Below the pieces are notes generated by a model. That model was not told where the DNA came from. It saw only the letters and a list, made by a program, of their open reading frames with translations, and searched no databases. A DNA stretch of 64,000 nucleotides from Nitrospirota bacterium (GTDB lineage Bacteria; Nitrospirota; Thermodesulfovibrionia; Thermodesulfovibrionales; SM23-35). A program made the translations under genes and the position numbers. The DNA lies in assembly GCA_040753615.1 (NCBI GenBank), contig JBFMDO010000077.1, positions 418-64,417 of the forward strand. The letters are read 5' to 3'. Shown piece by piece: positions 55,276 to 64,000 of this stretch (position 1 is the first letter of the stretch; each line of letters opens with the position of its first letter).

Positions 55276-56982
55276 TTAAATTTCCTCCTGTGTTACCCTT
55301 AGGACATCCTCAATAGTGGTAACACCCTGTTTGATTTTTTGAATGCCGTATTCTCTCAGTGTATGCATGCCTTCAGATACCGCCTTGTGTCTTATTATAT
55401 CCGCGCTTGCCTTATTAAGTATTAACTGTCTTATGTCCTCTGTCATTATCATTAACTCGAATATCCCTGTTCTTCCTATGTAGCCTTTATGCCTGCATTT
55501 TTCACAGCCCTCTCCGTAATATGTTGGGAAATCAATTTCTGCATCTTTCACTGGTATAGGTTCTTTAAATGGCTTTTTGCAATCAGGGCATATTACCCTT
55601 ACAAGACGCTGTGCAAGGACTCCTATAATTGATGAAGCAACGAGGAATCCTTCGATGTCCATGTCAAGGAGCCGGGTTACTGCTCCGGGGGCATCATTTG
55701 TGTGGAGTGTGCTGAAAACAAGATGCCCTGTGAGTGCTGAATGAATTGCAATCTCTGCAGTTTCTCTGTCTCTGATTTCGCCAACCATAATGACATCAGG
55801 GTCCTGACGCACAATGTGCCTAAGTCCACTCGCAAATGTCAGTCCTATTTTGGGTTTGACCTGTATCTGGTTAACGCCCTCTACCTCATATTCAACAGGG
55901 TCTTCTATTGTGATTATCTTTCTATCAGAAGAATTTATGCGGCTCAATGATGCATATAGCGTTGTTGTTTTTCCGCTTCCTGTTGGTCCTGTGACAAGAA
56001 TCATTCCGTAAGGCATTGCTATAAGCTTTTTGAATTGCTCAAGCGTGTTTTCCATAAAACCAATTTCTTCGAGGGTTATCAAGGCGATTCCCCTGTCTAA
56101 TATACGCATTACTACACTTTCTCCATAAAGTGTAGGGAGCGTTGAAATCCTGAGGTCAATGTCTCGTCCAGATACCCGAAGTTTTATTCTGCCATCCTGA
56201 GGAAGTCTTCTTTCTGCAATATTCAGCCTCGACATGATCTTTACTCTCGAAATTACTGCTGACTGAAGTCTCTTAGGCAGGGATTCAGCGTCTATCAATG
56301 CGCCGTCAATCCTGTATCTGACCTTAAGTTTATTTTCAAAAGGCTCGATGTGTATATCACTTGCCCTATCCTCGACTGCTCTCGTAATCAGCATGTTAAC
56401 GAGTTTTATTATCGGAGCCTCAAGAGCCATATCCCTGAGATGGTGTACGTCTTCCTGCAATCCTGCATCTATGGTTTCTGTTTCCTCTTCTCTCATGCCC
56501 TCCATTATGGATGTCATCTGAATATTATCTCCGAAATATTGTTCAATGGTTTCTGCTATGTCCTTTTCACTGCTTAGATAAATTTCGATTTCGCTGTTAA
56601 AAAATAAGCGGAGTGCGTTCAGGGCATAGGTATCGAGAGGATCTGCCATCGCAATCTTTATAACGCCGTTATCCTTTCCTAAAGGAACGACTTTATATTG
56701 CCGCATAAATTTCACTGAAAGCGAAATATCATGAGGAATAACCCTCGGGAATTCTGAAAATGTGAGATATTTAATTCCAAGTTGGCGGCTGATCGCTCTA
56801 AGCATATCTTCATTAGATATGAATCCGAGATTGACAAGTGTTTCACCGATCTTTTTTGAATTGTTCTGCTGTTCCTTTAATGCAATATCAAGTTTTTCTT
56901 TGGTTAGGAGTCCGCATTCGAAAATTATCTCTCCGAGTCGGGGTCTTTTTTCGGGTGAGCTATTGACATCAGATTCTTTCAT
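55276..56982 (-). CDS. gspE: T2SS ATPase with an N-terminal MshEN domain
   Basis: GPTGSGKT, TIEDPVEY, RQDPDVIMVGEIRD, TGHLVFSTLH; RLGEIIFECGLL...LKEQ. Confidence 0.95.
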   Translation of the reverse strand: MKESDVNSSPEKRPRLGEIIFECGLLTKEKLDIALKEQQNNSKKIGETLVNLGFISNEDMLRAISRQLGIKYLTFSEFPRVIPHDISLSVKFMRQYKVVPLGKDNGVIKIAMADPLDTYALNALRLFFNSEIEIYLSSEKDIAETIEQYFGDNIQMTSIMEGMREEETETIDAGLQEDVHHLRDMALEAPIIKLVNMLITRAVEDRASDIHIEPFENKLKVRYRIDGALIDAESLPKRLQSAVISRVKIMSRLNIAERRLPQDGRIKLRVSGRDIDLRISTLPTLYGESVVMRILDRGIALITLEEIGFMENTLEQFKKLIAMPYGMILVTGPTGSGKTTTLYASLSRINSSDRKIITIEDPVEYEVEGVNQIQVKPKIGLTFASGLRHIVRQDPDVIMVGEIRDRETAEIAIHSALTGHLVFSTLHTNDAPGAVTRLLDMDIEGFLVASSIIGVLAQRLVRVICPDCKKPFKEPIPVKDAEIDFPTYYGEGCEKCRHKGYIGRTGIFELMIMTEDIRQLILNKASADIIRHKAVSEGMHTLREYGIQKIKQGVTTIEDVLRVTQEEI

Positions 56983-57005
56983 ACTTAAATTATATAAAAT
57001 TTTTC

Positions 57006-58970
57006 TTATTCCTTTTCTTCTCTTCCTTTCCCCTCTTGAATATCCTCAATACGTTCCTTTATAGTTCTTACCTTGTTCTGGAATTCTTTTGTAAGTGCAT
57101 CTGCTTCTTCCTGAGAGCTGATTACATGCGGAGTGACCATAACCAGAAGCTCAGTTTTCTTTACCTCGTCCTTAGTAACTCCAAAAAGATACCCTATTAT
57201 TGGTATGCTGCTTAAAAGCGGGATTCCTTCTCTTACTGTGTTTTTCTGCTCTGATATCAGACCGCCGATAATAAGCGTGTGTCCACTCATAACAATGCCT
57301 GTTGTCTGAGCCTTTCTCGTTGTGAAACTCGGGGAAGTTATTCCTGCGAGAGACACGTCAACGCCTCTGCTGCTTATCTCCTGATTAATTTTTAATTTTA
57401 CCTTATTGTTTTCTGATATATAAGGCGTGACTGTAAGGATAACGCCTGTTGTCCTATATTGTATCTGACCTGCGGCAACAAAGGAGGTTGTGCTTGTTGT
57501 GGTTGAGGTCGAAGGCTGTTGAGAAAAACCAGTTGCTATTGGTATCTCGTCTCCGATTTCTATCTTTGCTTCTTTATTATCCATCGCAAGGATATGCGGA
57601 TTTGACAGCACATTCAGTTTTCCCGAAGAAGCGAATGCAGAGAGTATTGCCCCGTATCTATCAGGGTCAATAACCGCAGCGAATGGGGTGCCCGAACTAG
57701 GAGTAGTAATAACATCGCCTACCTTACCGGTTGTTGTATCAATGCTCGAAGATATCGTGCCTGGCTGTGTTTCAGATGTGAAGCCTGAAAGAGTCATTAT
57801 GTTTCCGCCGTCTATGGTGACCGGTAATTTCAACATCCATTCAATTCCAAACTGAAAATTGTCTGTGAGTGAAACCTCTACAATCAACACCTCTATCAAT
57901 ACCTGTTTTGAAGGTATGTCTAATTTTTTTAATGTCTCAAGTATTGAGAGATAGTTTCTTGGGCTTGTTTTGATTAAGAGTGCATTTATGTCCTCATATG
58001 GCACAATTATTATGTCTCCTTCAACATCAGCAGAAAGACTGCTCTCTAAAACAGCAGGAGGTGCAGGTTTTGAGGTTGGGGTTGAAGGTGTGTATGGGGC
58101 AGGAACAGCAGTTGTTTTCAGAGGAGCATGCGATGGCTGAAGTGATGTCTTTTTATCACCGTAGAGACTTTTTAAAAGTTCTGCAAGGATTTTTGCCTCG
58201 CTGTTTTCAACAAAATATACGAAAGTTCTTATTGATTCTCTTTCTACAGATGGGATGTCAATTGCCTCTATTATCTTCATGAATTTAACTAAGCTCGCAG
58301 GCGGTGCAGTGACTATCAAGAGGTTTGTCGGCTCATATACAATAAGGTCTGCGCCTCTCGGCATCAGGTTTCTGAGCATGTTTGAGACGTCACTGGCTTT
58401 AACATATTCCAGCGGGACAATTTGCGTTATGAAACTTGAATCTAACTGAAGTTTTAGTTCTTTCCCCGGCGTAATGTCAAGGGGCTGCTGCTTTGCAGTG
58501 TCAATCGGAACAACCCTGTATAATGCGCCGTCCTTGACAGCAGTAAGTCCGTTGACCTCGAGTATTGTCTGGAATATCTGAAAGATGTCTTTAATAAGAA
58601 ATTTTTTATGCGACTGAATTGTTACCTTGCCTGTTACTCCGGGGGCAAGCACATAGTTTATATTGAGCATGCTCCCTATGGCAGAAATTACTGTGTGGAT
58701 ATCAGCATCGTCGAAGTTTAAAATCACATATTTTTCTTCGGCGTCTGCCTCGATTCTTATAGGTTCCACACGTTTGATCTCAGGAGGCTGCTGCTGTGCA
58801 AGAGCAAGCGGCTCAGACGTCGGTTCAACAGGCTTAACATCCTGAATAGGAGCAGGGGACATATCTGTCTCCACTGCCGGCTCTTTTTTAATTGTACCTT
58901 TAGCTGCACATGAAACAATGAGACACAGTGTCCCGATACATAGAACTCTTAGGATAATCCTTAAAAGCAT
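57006..58970 (-). CDS. gspD: T2SS secretin with a lipoprotein signal
   Basis: LIVSC lipobox; LNFDDADI, QVLIEVLIVEV, IGGLI, PLLSSIPIIG.LF, ELLVMVTP. Confidence 0.93.
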   Translation of the reverse strand: MLLRIILRVLCIGTLCLIVSCAAKGTIKKEPAVETDMSPAPIQDVKPVEPTSEPLALAQQQPPEIKRVEPIRIEADAEEKYVILNFDDADIHTVISAIGSMLNINYVLAPGVTGKVTIQSHKKFLIKDIFQIFQTILEVNGLTAVKDGALYRVVPIDTAKQQPLDITPGKELKLQLDSSFITQIVPLEYVKASDVSNMLRNLMPRGADLIVYEPTNLLIVTAPPASLVKFMKIIEAIDIPSVERESIRTFVYFVENSEAKILAELLKSLYGDKKTSLQPSHAPLKTTAVPAPYTPSTPTSKPAPPAVLESSLSADVEGDIIIVPYEDINALLIKTSPRNYLSILETLKKLDIPSKQVLIEVLIVEVSLTDNFQFGIEWMLKLPVTIDGGNIMTLSGFTSETQPGTISSSIDTTTGKVGDVITTPSSGTPFAAVIDPDRYGAILSAFASSGKLNVLSNPHILAMDNKEAKIEIGDEIPIATGFSQQPSTSTTTSTTSFVAAGQIQYRTTGVILTVTPYISENNKVKLKINQEISSRGVDVSLAGITSPSFTTRKAQTTGIVMSGHTLIIGGLISEQKNTVREGIPLLSSIPIIGYLFGVTKDEVKKTELLVMVTPHVISSQEEADALTKEFQNKVRTIKERIEDIQEGKGREEKE

Positions 58971-59033
58971 AAATCTACTCCCCGCGATTAATTCTTAAAG
59001 TCTATTTTAAACACATATATTTTACAATAAAAA

Positions 59034-59747
59034 TTATTGTTCTGACTCCTGTGTATCAAGTGTTGGCGGCGGCGGTAAAACCGTTGTCCGCGGCGGGATA
59101 TAAGCCGGGGGTGAAAGCGTCTGTTTTTGTAATAGTGGTAGAGTAGTTGGACCAATCGCTTGAATATCAGACTTCTGAGGAAGCATTGGAGTAAGTGTCG
59201 GCATAGTCGCTGGCGTAGGAGAAGGGGCAGGAGATGGTGTAGTAGAAGGCGATGGTGATTTCACAGGAGAAGCCATAGTCTTTACCCTCGTCATCCCCAC
59301 CTCGATTTTTTCTTCGCCTCTTAAAAGAATTACCCTGTCGTTTTTTATTTCGTTTACAATAAAACCTACTATAAAGTCATTTATCCTGTATGGTTTTGTT
59401 GACCTTGTTAATGTATCTTCAAAGAATGCCCTTGCGTCGTCACCCATAATTGTTATGCCCACGAGCCGGGGTGGAGCAGAAACCATTGTTGGTTTCGGCA
59501 AATCTTCTGGCCCCGGCTCTGTTCTACTCGGTCTAAATAAGTCTTTTTGAACAATTATCTGAATGTCATCCGGAACTTGCTTAGTGAGTGTATTATCTAT
59601 CTCTTCGATCTCAAATTTATACTGTTGGCTTTGTTTTTGTGAAACATACTTGTTCATAGGGCTTGAAAAGGATTCATATAGTTTGAATCCCAGTAAGACT
59701 GCAAGTCCAAGAAGCATAAGATTCAATAAAAAATAGTTGCGCAGCAT
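59034..59747 (-). CDS. GspC-like bitopic protein with a Pro-rich tail
   Basis: One TM helix, LFRPSR, LVGIT...ARAFF, position directly before gspD. Confidence 0.6.
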   Translation of the reverse strand: MLRNYFLLNLMLLGLAVLLGFKLYESFSSPMNKYVSQKQSQQYKFEIEEIDNTLTKQVPDDIQIIVQKDLFRPSRTEPGPEDLPKPTMVSAPPRLVGITIMGDDARAFFEDTLTRSTKPYRINDFIVGFIVNEIKNDRVILLRGEEKIEVGMTRVKTMASPVKSPSPSTTPSPAPSPTPATMPTLTPMLPQKSDIQAIGPTTLPLLQKQTLSPPAYIPPRTTVLPPPPTLDTQESEQ

Positions 59748-60356
59748 TTAAATTTTTGCCTTCTGTTCTTGGTTTTTCTGTGCCGAGACACCGCTCTTTT
59801 TTATAAACCCTCTCGCTGTAAGCGTCACGTACAATTCATCTGGCTTGCTTATATTCATAACACGAATCTTTATCTCAGGGATTATAAGCAAAAAAATTGA
59901 ATTCTCTATGTGCAGAAGCATCTCCTTTAGTTTTGCTGTTGTTGCTGTAAACCCAATTTCAACAGGCACTGCATAATATAACTCCATGTCAACAGGGTTC
60001 AGAGCTCTTTCAGACCGTATTTCTATTCCGAGCAGCGTTGCCATATCTTTGAAGAGTTTCTGCAGCTCTGCCGCTGCAATCGGGGGTTTATCTCCAGTAA
60101 GAAGTCTTTTTTCGGTCTCTCTTAGTTTTAATCTTGCAGCCTCGAGTTTTTTTGTTAAGGCATCTTTCTCAGAAATCTTATCCACCTGTTTAATGAGGTA
60201 AAGTCTTTTTGCTTCAGTGTTTTCACGGGTGGAAACCATTGTTTTGCTGTACCATACAAAGAAATAGTACAAAAATATTAACGCTATTAGCAGCAATCCT
60301 ATTAAAAGGGCTTTCTTTTCTCTGCTCTGTAATCTAATGTTAAACGGCTTTATCAT
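59748..60356 (-). CDS. gspM: GspM/PilO-like protein
   Basis: REKKALLIG plus TM helix and coiled coil; position in the cluster. Confidence 0.7.
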   Translation of the reverse strand: MIKPFNIRLQSREKKALLIGLLLIALIFLYYFFVWYSKTMVSTRENTEAKRLYLIKQVDKISEKDALTKKLEAARLKLRETEKRLLTGDKPPIAAAELQKLFKDMATLLGIEIRSERALNPVDMELYYAVPVEIGFTATTAKLKEMLLHIENSIFLLIIPEIKIRVMNISKPDELYVTLTARGFIKKSGVSAQKNQEQKAKI

Positions 60357-61863
60357 TTTTTGCAGATATTTCCTTATCTGTATTTTCTGAGGTACGCCTT
60401 ACTACCGATGCCTTTATTCTGAATCCTTCCTTGCCAGTAGTCTTTGTAATTGACCCGATGAACTCGGTATTTTCAAAGAGTGGCGAAGCCTCGATTATTG
60501 ATATGAGCTTTGATGCAGAAGAAGAAAACCCGCTGATGATAACCTCTCCGTAATATTTTTCTGGTTTTTTCTCATATTCTTTAAAATCAAGGTTTGTAAG
60601 CCATACATCTAAAGGCATTACTCTTGTTAGCTCTGCAAGAATATCGAGAATGCCTGTGTTTTCATCTTCGAAATTAGATAGAAATTTCATTTGTTTCTCG
60701 ATCTCATTAAGTTCCGACGATATCTTTTCAACTGTTGATAGTTCAGGATTGTTCTTTTTCAGGTTTTCTTCAATTGCCATCAAAAGCATCTTTTCTTTAA
60801 ATAAACCTGATGCAAGCAGTCCGAAGCCAAGCACTGCAATGGCTGATAAAAGCATCTTTGCAATTAAAGGACCTTTGTATCTGTCAGTATGCCTGAGCAT
60901 GGAAGGCAGTAAATTCATATTCATACTGCCGAGTCTGAAATGGGGAAGACATGCGCCAAGAGAAAAAGCAAGCTCCTGCACATCGGGATCGTTGGCTTTG
61001 TTGTAAAACTTTGATATCGGATTAATCTCTGTTACTTCGGCATTCAGTCTGTTTGCGGCCGACCGGGCAGTCTCATGGTTTGTTGATTCAGGTCCAGAGA
61101 GAATCAGCCTGTCAATCCTGTCTGCTGAAATCAGAGGAAGAATCGAATTCAGTTCAGAATCGAGTTTCTGAAAAAATAGATCCTCGTCATCAATATTAAT
61201 ATCTATATCTTTGAGATAAACACATGAGCCGCCTTTTATTACTGCCATATCAGATAAGCCCTTTTTTAGATAAAGAGATATGCATACCTCATCCTGTGTT
61301 CCAAAGACTTCTGATCTTTTAGTCAGTCCTAATATCTCTTGGAATCTACTTGTCTTGTTACCGCTTGTTTCTATTGCATTGAGCAGGCAGAACGATGAGA
61401 TGTTAATTGACCGGGCATGGAGCGGTATTTTTTTCAGAAAATCTAAAATGTACTCAACCTTTTCTTTTGGGACACACGCAATTACAACCTTGAAGCTGGA
61501 GCCGTTTTTTCCAAAAGCATGAAAGTCATACAGTATATCTTCAACCTGAAATGGGATATGTTTACCAATCTCATAATGGATAATCTCCTTGAGCCTGTCT
61601 TTTGACGGAGAGGGAATGTCCATAAACTTGATAATTGCCCATTTTTTAGGGATGCTTACAAAAACTTTTTGTGTTTTTATCTTATGCTGGCTGAGAAAAT
61701 TTTTAATCTCTGAAACTGTCACCGCTTCATCCTTATTCAGAGGGATAGTTGCAAAGGCAGACATTCTTATTTTAGAAAGAGTTGGTTTAAGGCATGTTAT
61801 GACTAAAGAGTCATCTCTGAACTCTATGCCTGTGACAGCCCTCGTAAATTTATCTTTAATCAT
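60340..61863 (-). CDS. gspL: GspL / PilM-PilN-like protein
   Basis: Actin-like cytoplasmic part (EIGKHIPF), NMNLLP plus TM helix, ILAELTRVMP.DVWL. Confidence 0.75.
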   Translation of the reverse strand: MIKDKFTRAVTGIEFRDDSLVITCLKPTLSKIRMSAFATIPLNKDEAVTVSEIKNFLSQHKIKTQKVFVSIPKKWAIIKFMDIPSPSKDRLKEIIHYEIGKHIPFQVEDILYDFHAFGKNGSSFKVVIACVPKEKVEYILDFLKKIPLHARSINISSFCLLNAIETSGNKTSRFQEILGLTKRSEVFGTQDEVCISLYLKKGLSDMAVIKGGSCVYLKDIDINIDDEDLFFQKLDSELNSILPLISADRIDRLILSGPESTNHETARSAANRLNAEVTEINPISKFYNKANDPDVQELAFSLGACLPHFRLGSMNMNLLPSMLRHTDRYKGPLIAKMLLSAIAVLGFGLLASGLFKEKMLLMAIEENLKKNNPELSTVEKISSELNEIEKQMKFLSNFEDENTGILDILAELTRVMPLDVWLTNLDFKEYEKKPEKYYGEVIISGFSSSASKLISIIEASPLFENTEFIGSITKTTGKEGFRIKASVVRRTSENTDKEISAKNDKAV

Positions 61864-61871
61864 ACCTGAAT

Positions 61872-62849
61872 TCAATTTTTTCCTTTATGAACAAAGTTAT
61901 CATTCCAGTATAGCGTCTCGATTGTCTTATCATCCTTTTTCAAAAACACTGCCTTAACAGCCCTTTTTGTATTATTGCTTCTGCCTGTTGAAATAATAGA
62001 AAAGTAACGTGATTTAACATCTCCTCCTGCAACCGGTACCAAAATCTGTCCTGTGCTTCTCTGCACCATTATATTCCCGGCAGCTGTTATTCCAAACTTT
62101 GCCTCAAGAACAACTCTGTCAGCAGTATTTATATTAACCATGCCGGAGCTTTTTGCAGTAAGATATTGAGCAGCGCCTTTATATTGGGAATCTTTATTTT
62201 TCTCAGGGCCATAAAGAATTTCAGGCGTTATGCCTTTTACCAGAAGGAGTTCTTCTATTATATCAAAACTACTGTCTTTGCAACTATACGGCTCTTCCAG
62301 AGACTGGTAATAATCTTCTTCAGCTCCGTTAAGCCTGTGGAGGTTGTCTGCATCCCGCCAGTCAAATATCGAATCAATTATTGTATCAAGTCCTTCGCCT
62401 TCGACCCCTGAGTTTTTAAATATATACCTTAATTGTTCTGCATCTGCTGAATTAATGTTAAGTTTTCTGTCTTCGTCAACAATTTCATAAGAATATACTG
62501 TATTTCCAAACCTTCCTTTTCTTTCAGGGACTTTAGAATCGTCGCTTATTATAAGATTCCCTTGTTCGTCAAGATACATTTTATCTCCGGCAGAGAGCAG
62601 CTCTGCCTTTGCCTGCTCGATGCCGGCAATCGCTGCATAATATGCCTCTTCATTCTGCTTAAAATTGTTTGTGATGTTCACCTCTGTTCTCATTGAATAG
62701 GCGAATTCAGCAACGATTGCTGTAATAAGAACCATTACCCACAAAACGAGCATCAATGCAATGCCGTCCTGATTGGCTATCCTTTGTTTAGGAAGCAATA
62801 AAAACTCCCTTGAAATTGGCGTCCGCTGCGATATTTTACTTATCTTCAT
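61872..62849 (-). CDS. gspK: Minor pseudopilin GspK
   Basis: GIALMLVLW, DEDRKLNIN, IFDWRDAD, EELLLVKG, NINTA. Confidence 0.9.
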   Translation of the reverse strand: MKISKISQRTPISREFLLLPKQRIANQDGIALMLVLWVMVLITAIVAEFAYSMRTEVNITNNFKQNEEAYYAAIAGIEQAKAELLSAGDKMYLDEQGNLIISDDSKVPERKGRFGNTVYSYEIVDEDRKLNINSADAEQLRYIFKNSGVEGEGLDTIIDSIFDWRDADNLHRLNGAEEDYYQSLEEPYSCKDSSFDIIEELLLVKGITPEILYGPEKNKDSQYKGAAQYLTAKSSGMVNINTADRVVLEAKFGITAAGNIMVQRSTGQILVPVAGGDVKSRYFSIISTGRSNNTKRAVKAVFLKKDDKTIETLYWNDNFVHKGKN

Positions 62850-63414
62850 CTGTCTTTGTTCCAATAGGCAGAGATACTATAACAGGCTGAAATTTGTCCA
62901 CCCTCATTTTCACTGCATACGGAAGTTCTGTATTAAAGTCCCACGAGTCCTTCCATTCTTTGTCCTCTGTTGAATAATATTCAAACTTGAGCTGCGATAT
63001 TTCCGCATCAATGATCTCGCCTTCTTCTTGAATCTTCTCCAAGACTTTTTTATCCGGAAGAGTGCCTTGTGCAAACAGCAAGTCGTCACCCTTTAAGGAA
63101 TAAGATATCCATTTCACACCTGTGTCAGATGCAGTTACAAACCAGAGCGATTCGGATTCGCCCTTAAATGCTATTTTCTTTTTCCCGTCAACATCTATCT
63201 GGTATGGATAGGCTGATTTTATTTGCTGTGAAATCCTTTCAGAATAGAATCTCATTCTCTGAAGATTCTCAATATCTGCTTCTCCTTTATCCCATGCCTT
63301 AATTCCCAGGTTAAAACTTAGCCCGATTATCAGAGTAATCATGCTTAATATGGTCATTGCAATAAGAATTTCCATAAGAGTAAAGCCGTCTGTATTTTTA
63401 TTAATACCCTTCAT
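62836..63414 (-). CDS. gspJ: Minor pseudopilin GspJ-like
   Basis: GFTLMEILIAM; LPYAVKM. Confidence 0.8.
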   Translation of the reverse strand: MKGINKNTDGFTLMEILIAMTILSMITLIIGLSFNLGIKAWDKGEADIENLQRMRFYSERISQQIKSAYPYQIDVDGKKKIAFKGESESLWFVTASDTGVKWISYSLKGDDLLFAQGTLPDKKVLEKIQEEGEIIDAEISQLKFEYYSTEDKEWKDSWDFNTELPYAVKMRVDKFQPVIVSLPIGTKTDEDK

Positions 63415-63851
63415 TTGGCATCCTCTGTCACTGCCTTCATGCTGACAAGTTCAACTGTTCTTTGTTTGTCTGACTCATTCCATAAAACTTTTACCCTTAT
63501 TTTTAACAATTTCAGCGATGTGCCTTCAGTAAGTTGTGATGTTTCAGATGCATCCTGAATCTCTGCCTCCCAGCGGAAATTATTCTTATTATCGAAATCT
63601 GATCCTTCTGAAGATTCTCCTGAGCCTGAAACAGGATTGATCAACATCTCTTCCATTTTCCCCTTTGCATATATTACCGCCTGTGTATAGTCATTCGCTG
63701 CTTTTCCTGACCTTAGTCCTCCTGAAAAAAGCTGCATAACAGTAACAATTCCTATTGCGAGGATAGCAATGGCAACCATTACCTCAATTAAGGTGAATCC
63801 AGTTTTAATATTTGCAATGGCTGACAAATATTCAGCCCTTTGATTTTTCAT
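63411..63851 (-). CDS. gspI: Minor pseudopilin GspI-like
   Basis: GFTLIEVMVAIAILAIG. Confidence 0.8.
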   Translation of the reverse strand: MKNQRAEYLSAIANIKTGFTLIEVMVAIAILAIGIVTVMQLFSGGLRSGKAANDYTQAVIYAKGKMEEMLINPVSGSGESSEGSDFDNKNNFRWEAEIQDASETSQLTEGTSLKLLKIRVKVLWNESDKQRTVELVSMKAVTEDAK

Positions 63852-64000
63852 CTTGAACTCTGGACCTTTTCAGTCCTTACCCTTCCGGAAATTTTTTCAA
63901 CAGTTATCTGAAACATTGTACCCTTTTGGTTTTTTACGCTAATCCCAGCTCCTGTTGAATCTCCCTGAGCAAAGAAATCTATCCTGATATTATTTTTCGA
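63848..64000 (-). CDS. gspH: C-terminal part of a GspH/FimT-like pseudopilin (runs off the window)
   Basis: Open frame SKNNIRIDFFAQGDSTGAGISVKNQKGTMFQITVEKISGRV; stop overlaps the gspI ATG. Confidence 0.65.
   Translation of the reverse strand, partial: SKNNIRIDFFAQGDSTGAGISVKNQKGTMFQITVEKISGRVRTEKVQSSR

Overview
A 64-kb, AT-rich chromosomal window. Gene content and protein style suggest an anaerobic Nitrospirota (Thermodesulfovibrionia-like) bacterium; this is inference, not a database match. Most of it is housekeeping: peptide ABC binding protein, five tRNAs, a lipid A cluster (GT2, PAP2-ArnT fusion, lpxB, waaA), hisD, uppS-cdsA-dxr-rseP, a riboflavin/nusB operon, recN, dapL-folK, hisH, queF, a PyrR-attenuated pyrR-B-C-carA-carB operon, a CbiMQO transporter and a type II secretion cluster. 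No CRISPR array, rRNA or intact prophage is visible. The unusual signal lies at small scale. (1) A ~45-bp C-tract/G-tract palindrome occurs once between genes and five times in frame inside waaA (twice, one copy degenerate), pyrC, carA and carB, typically adding a PPLxKGGxGG peptide in a loop or linker. (2) A second family of hairpins with 7-nt-periodic inverted arms lies between genes and inside ORFs. (3) A 51/52-bp hairpin repeat occurs twice, one copy overlapping the right arm of a perfect 18-bp inverted repeat. (4) A 3.4-kb decayed defence island is built largely from stubs of type III R-M, Sir2, AlbA_2 and toxin-antitoxin genes. (5) An orphan phage-CI-like repressor faces a perfect sigma70 promoter that drives an unannotated 42-aa zinc-ribbon protein.
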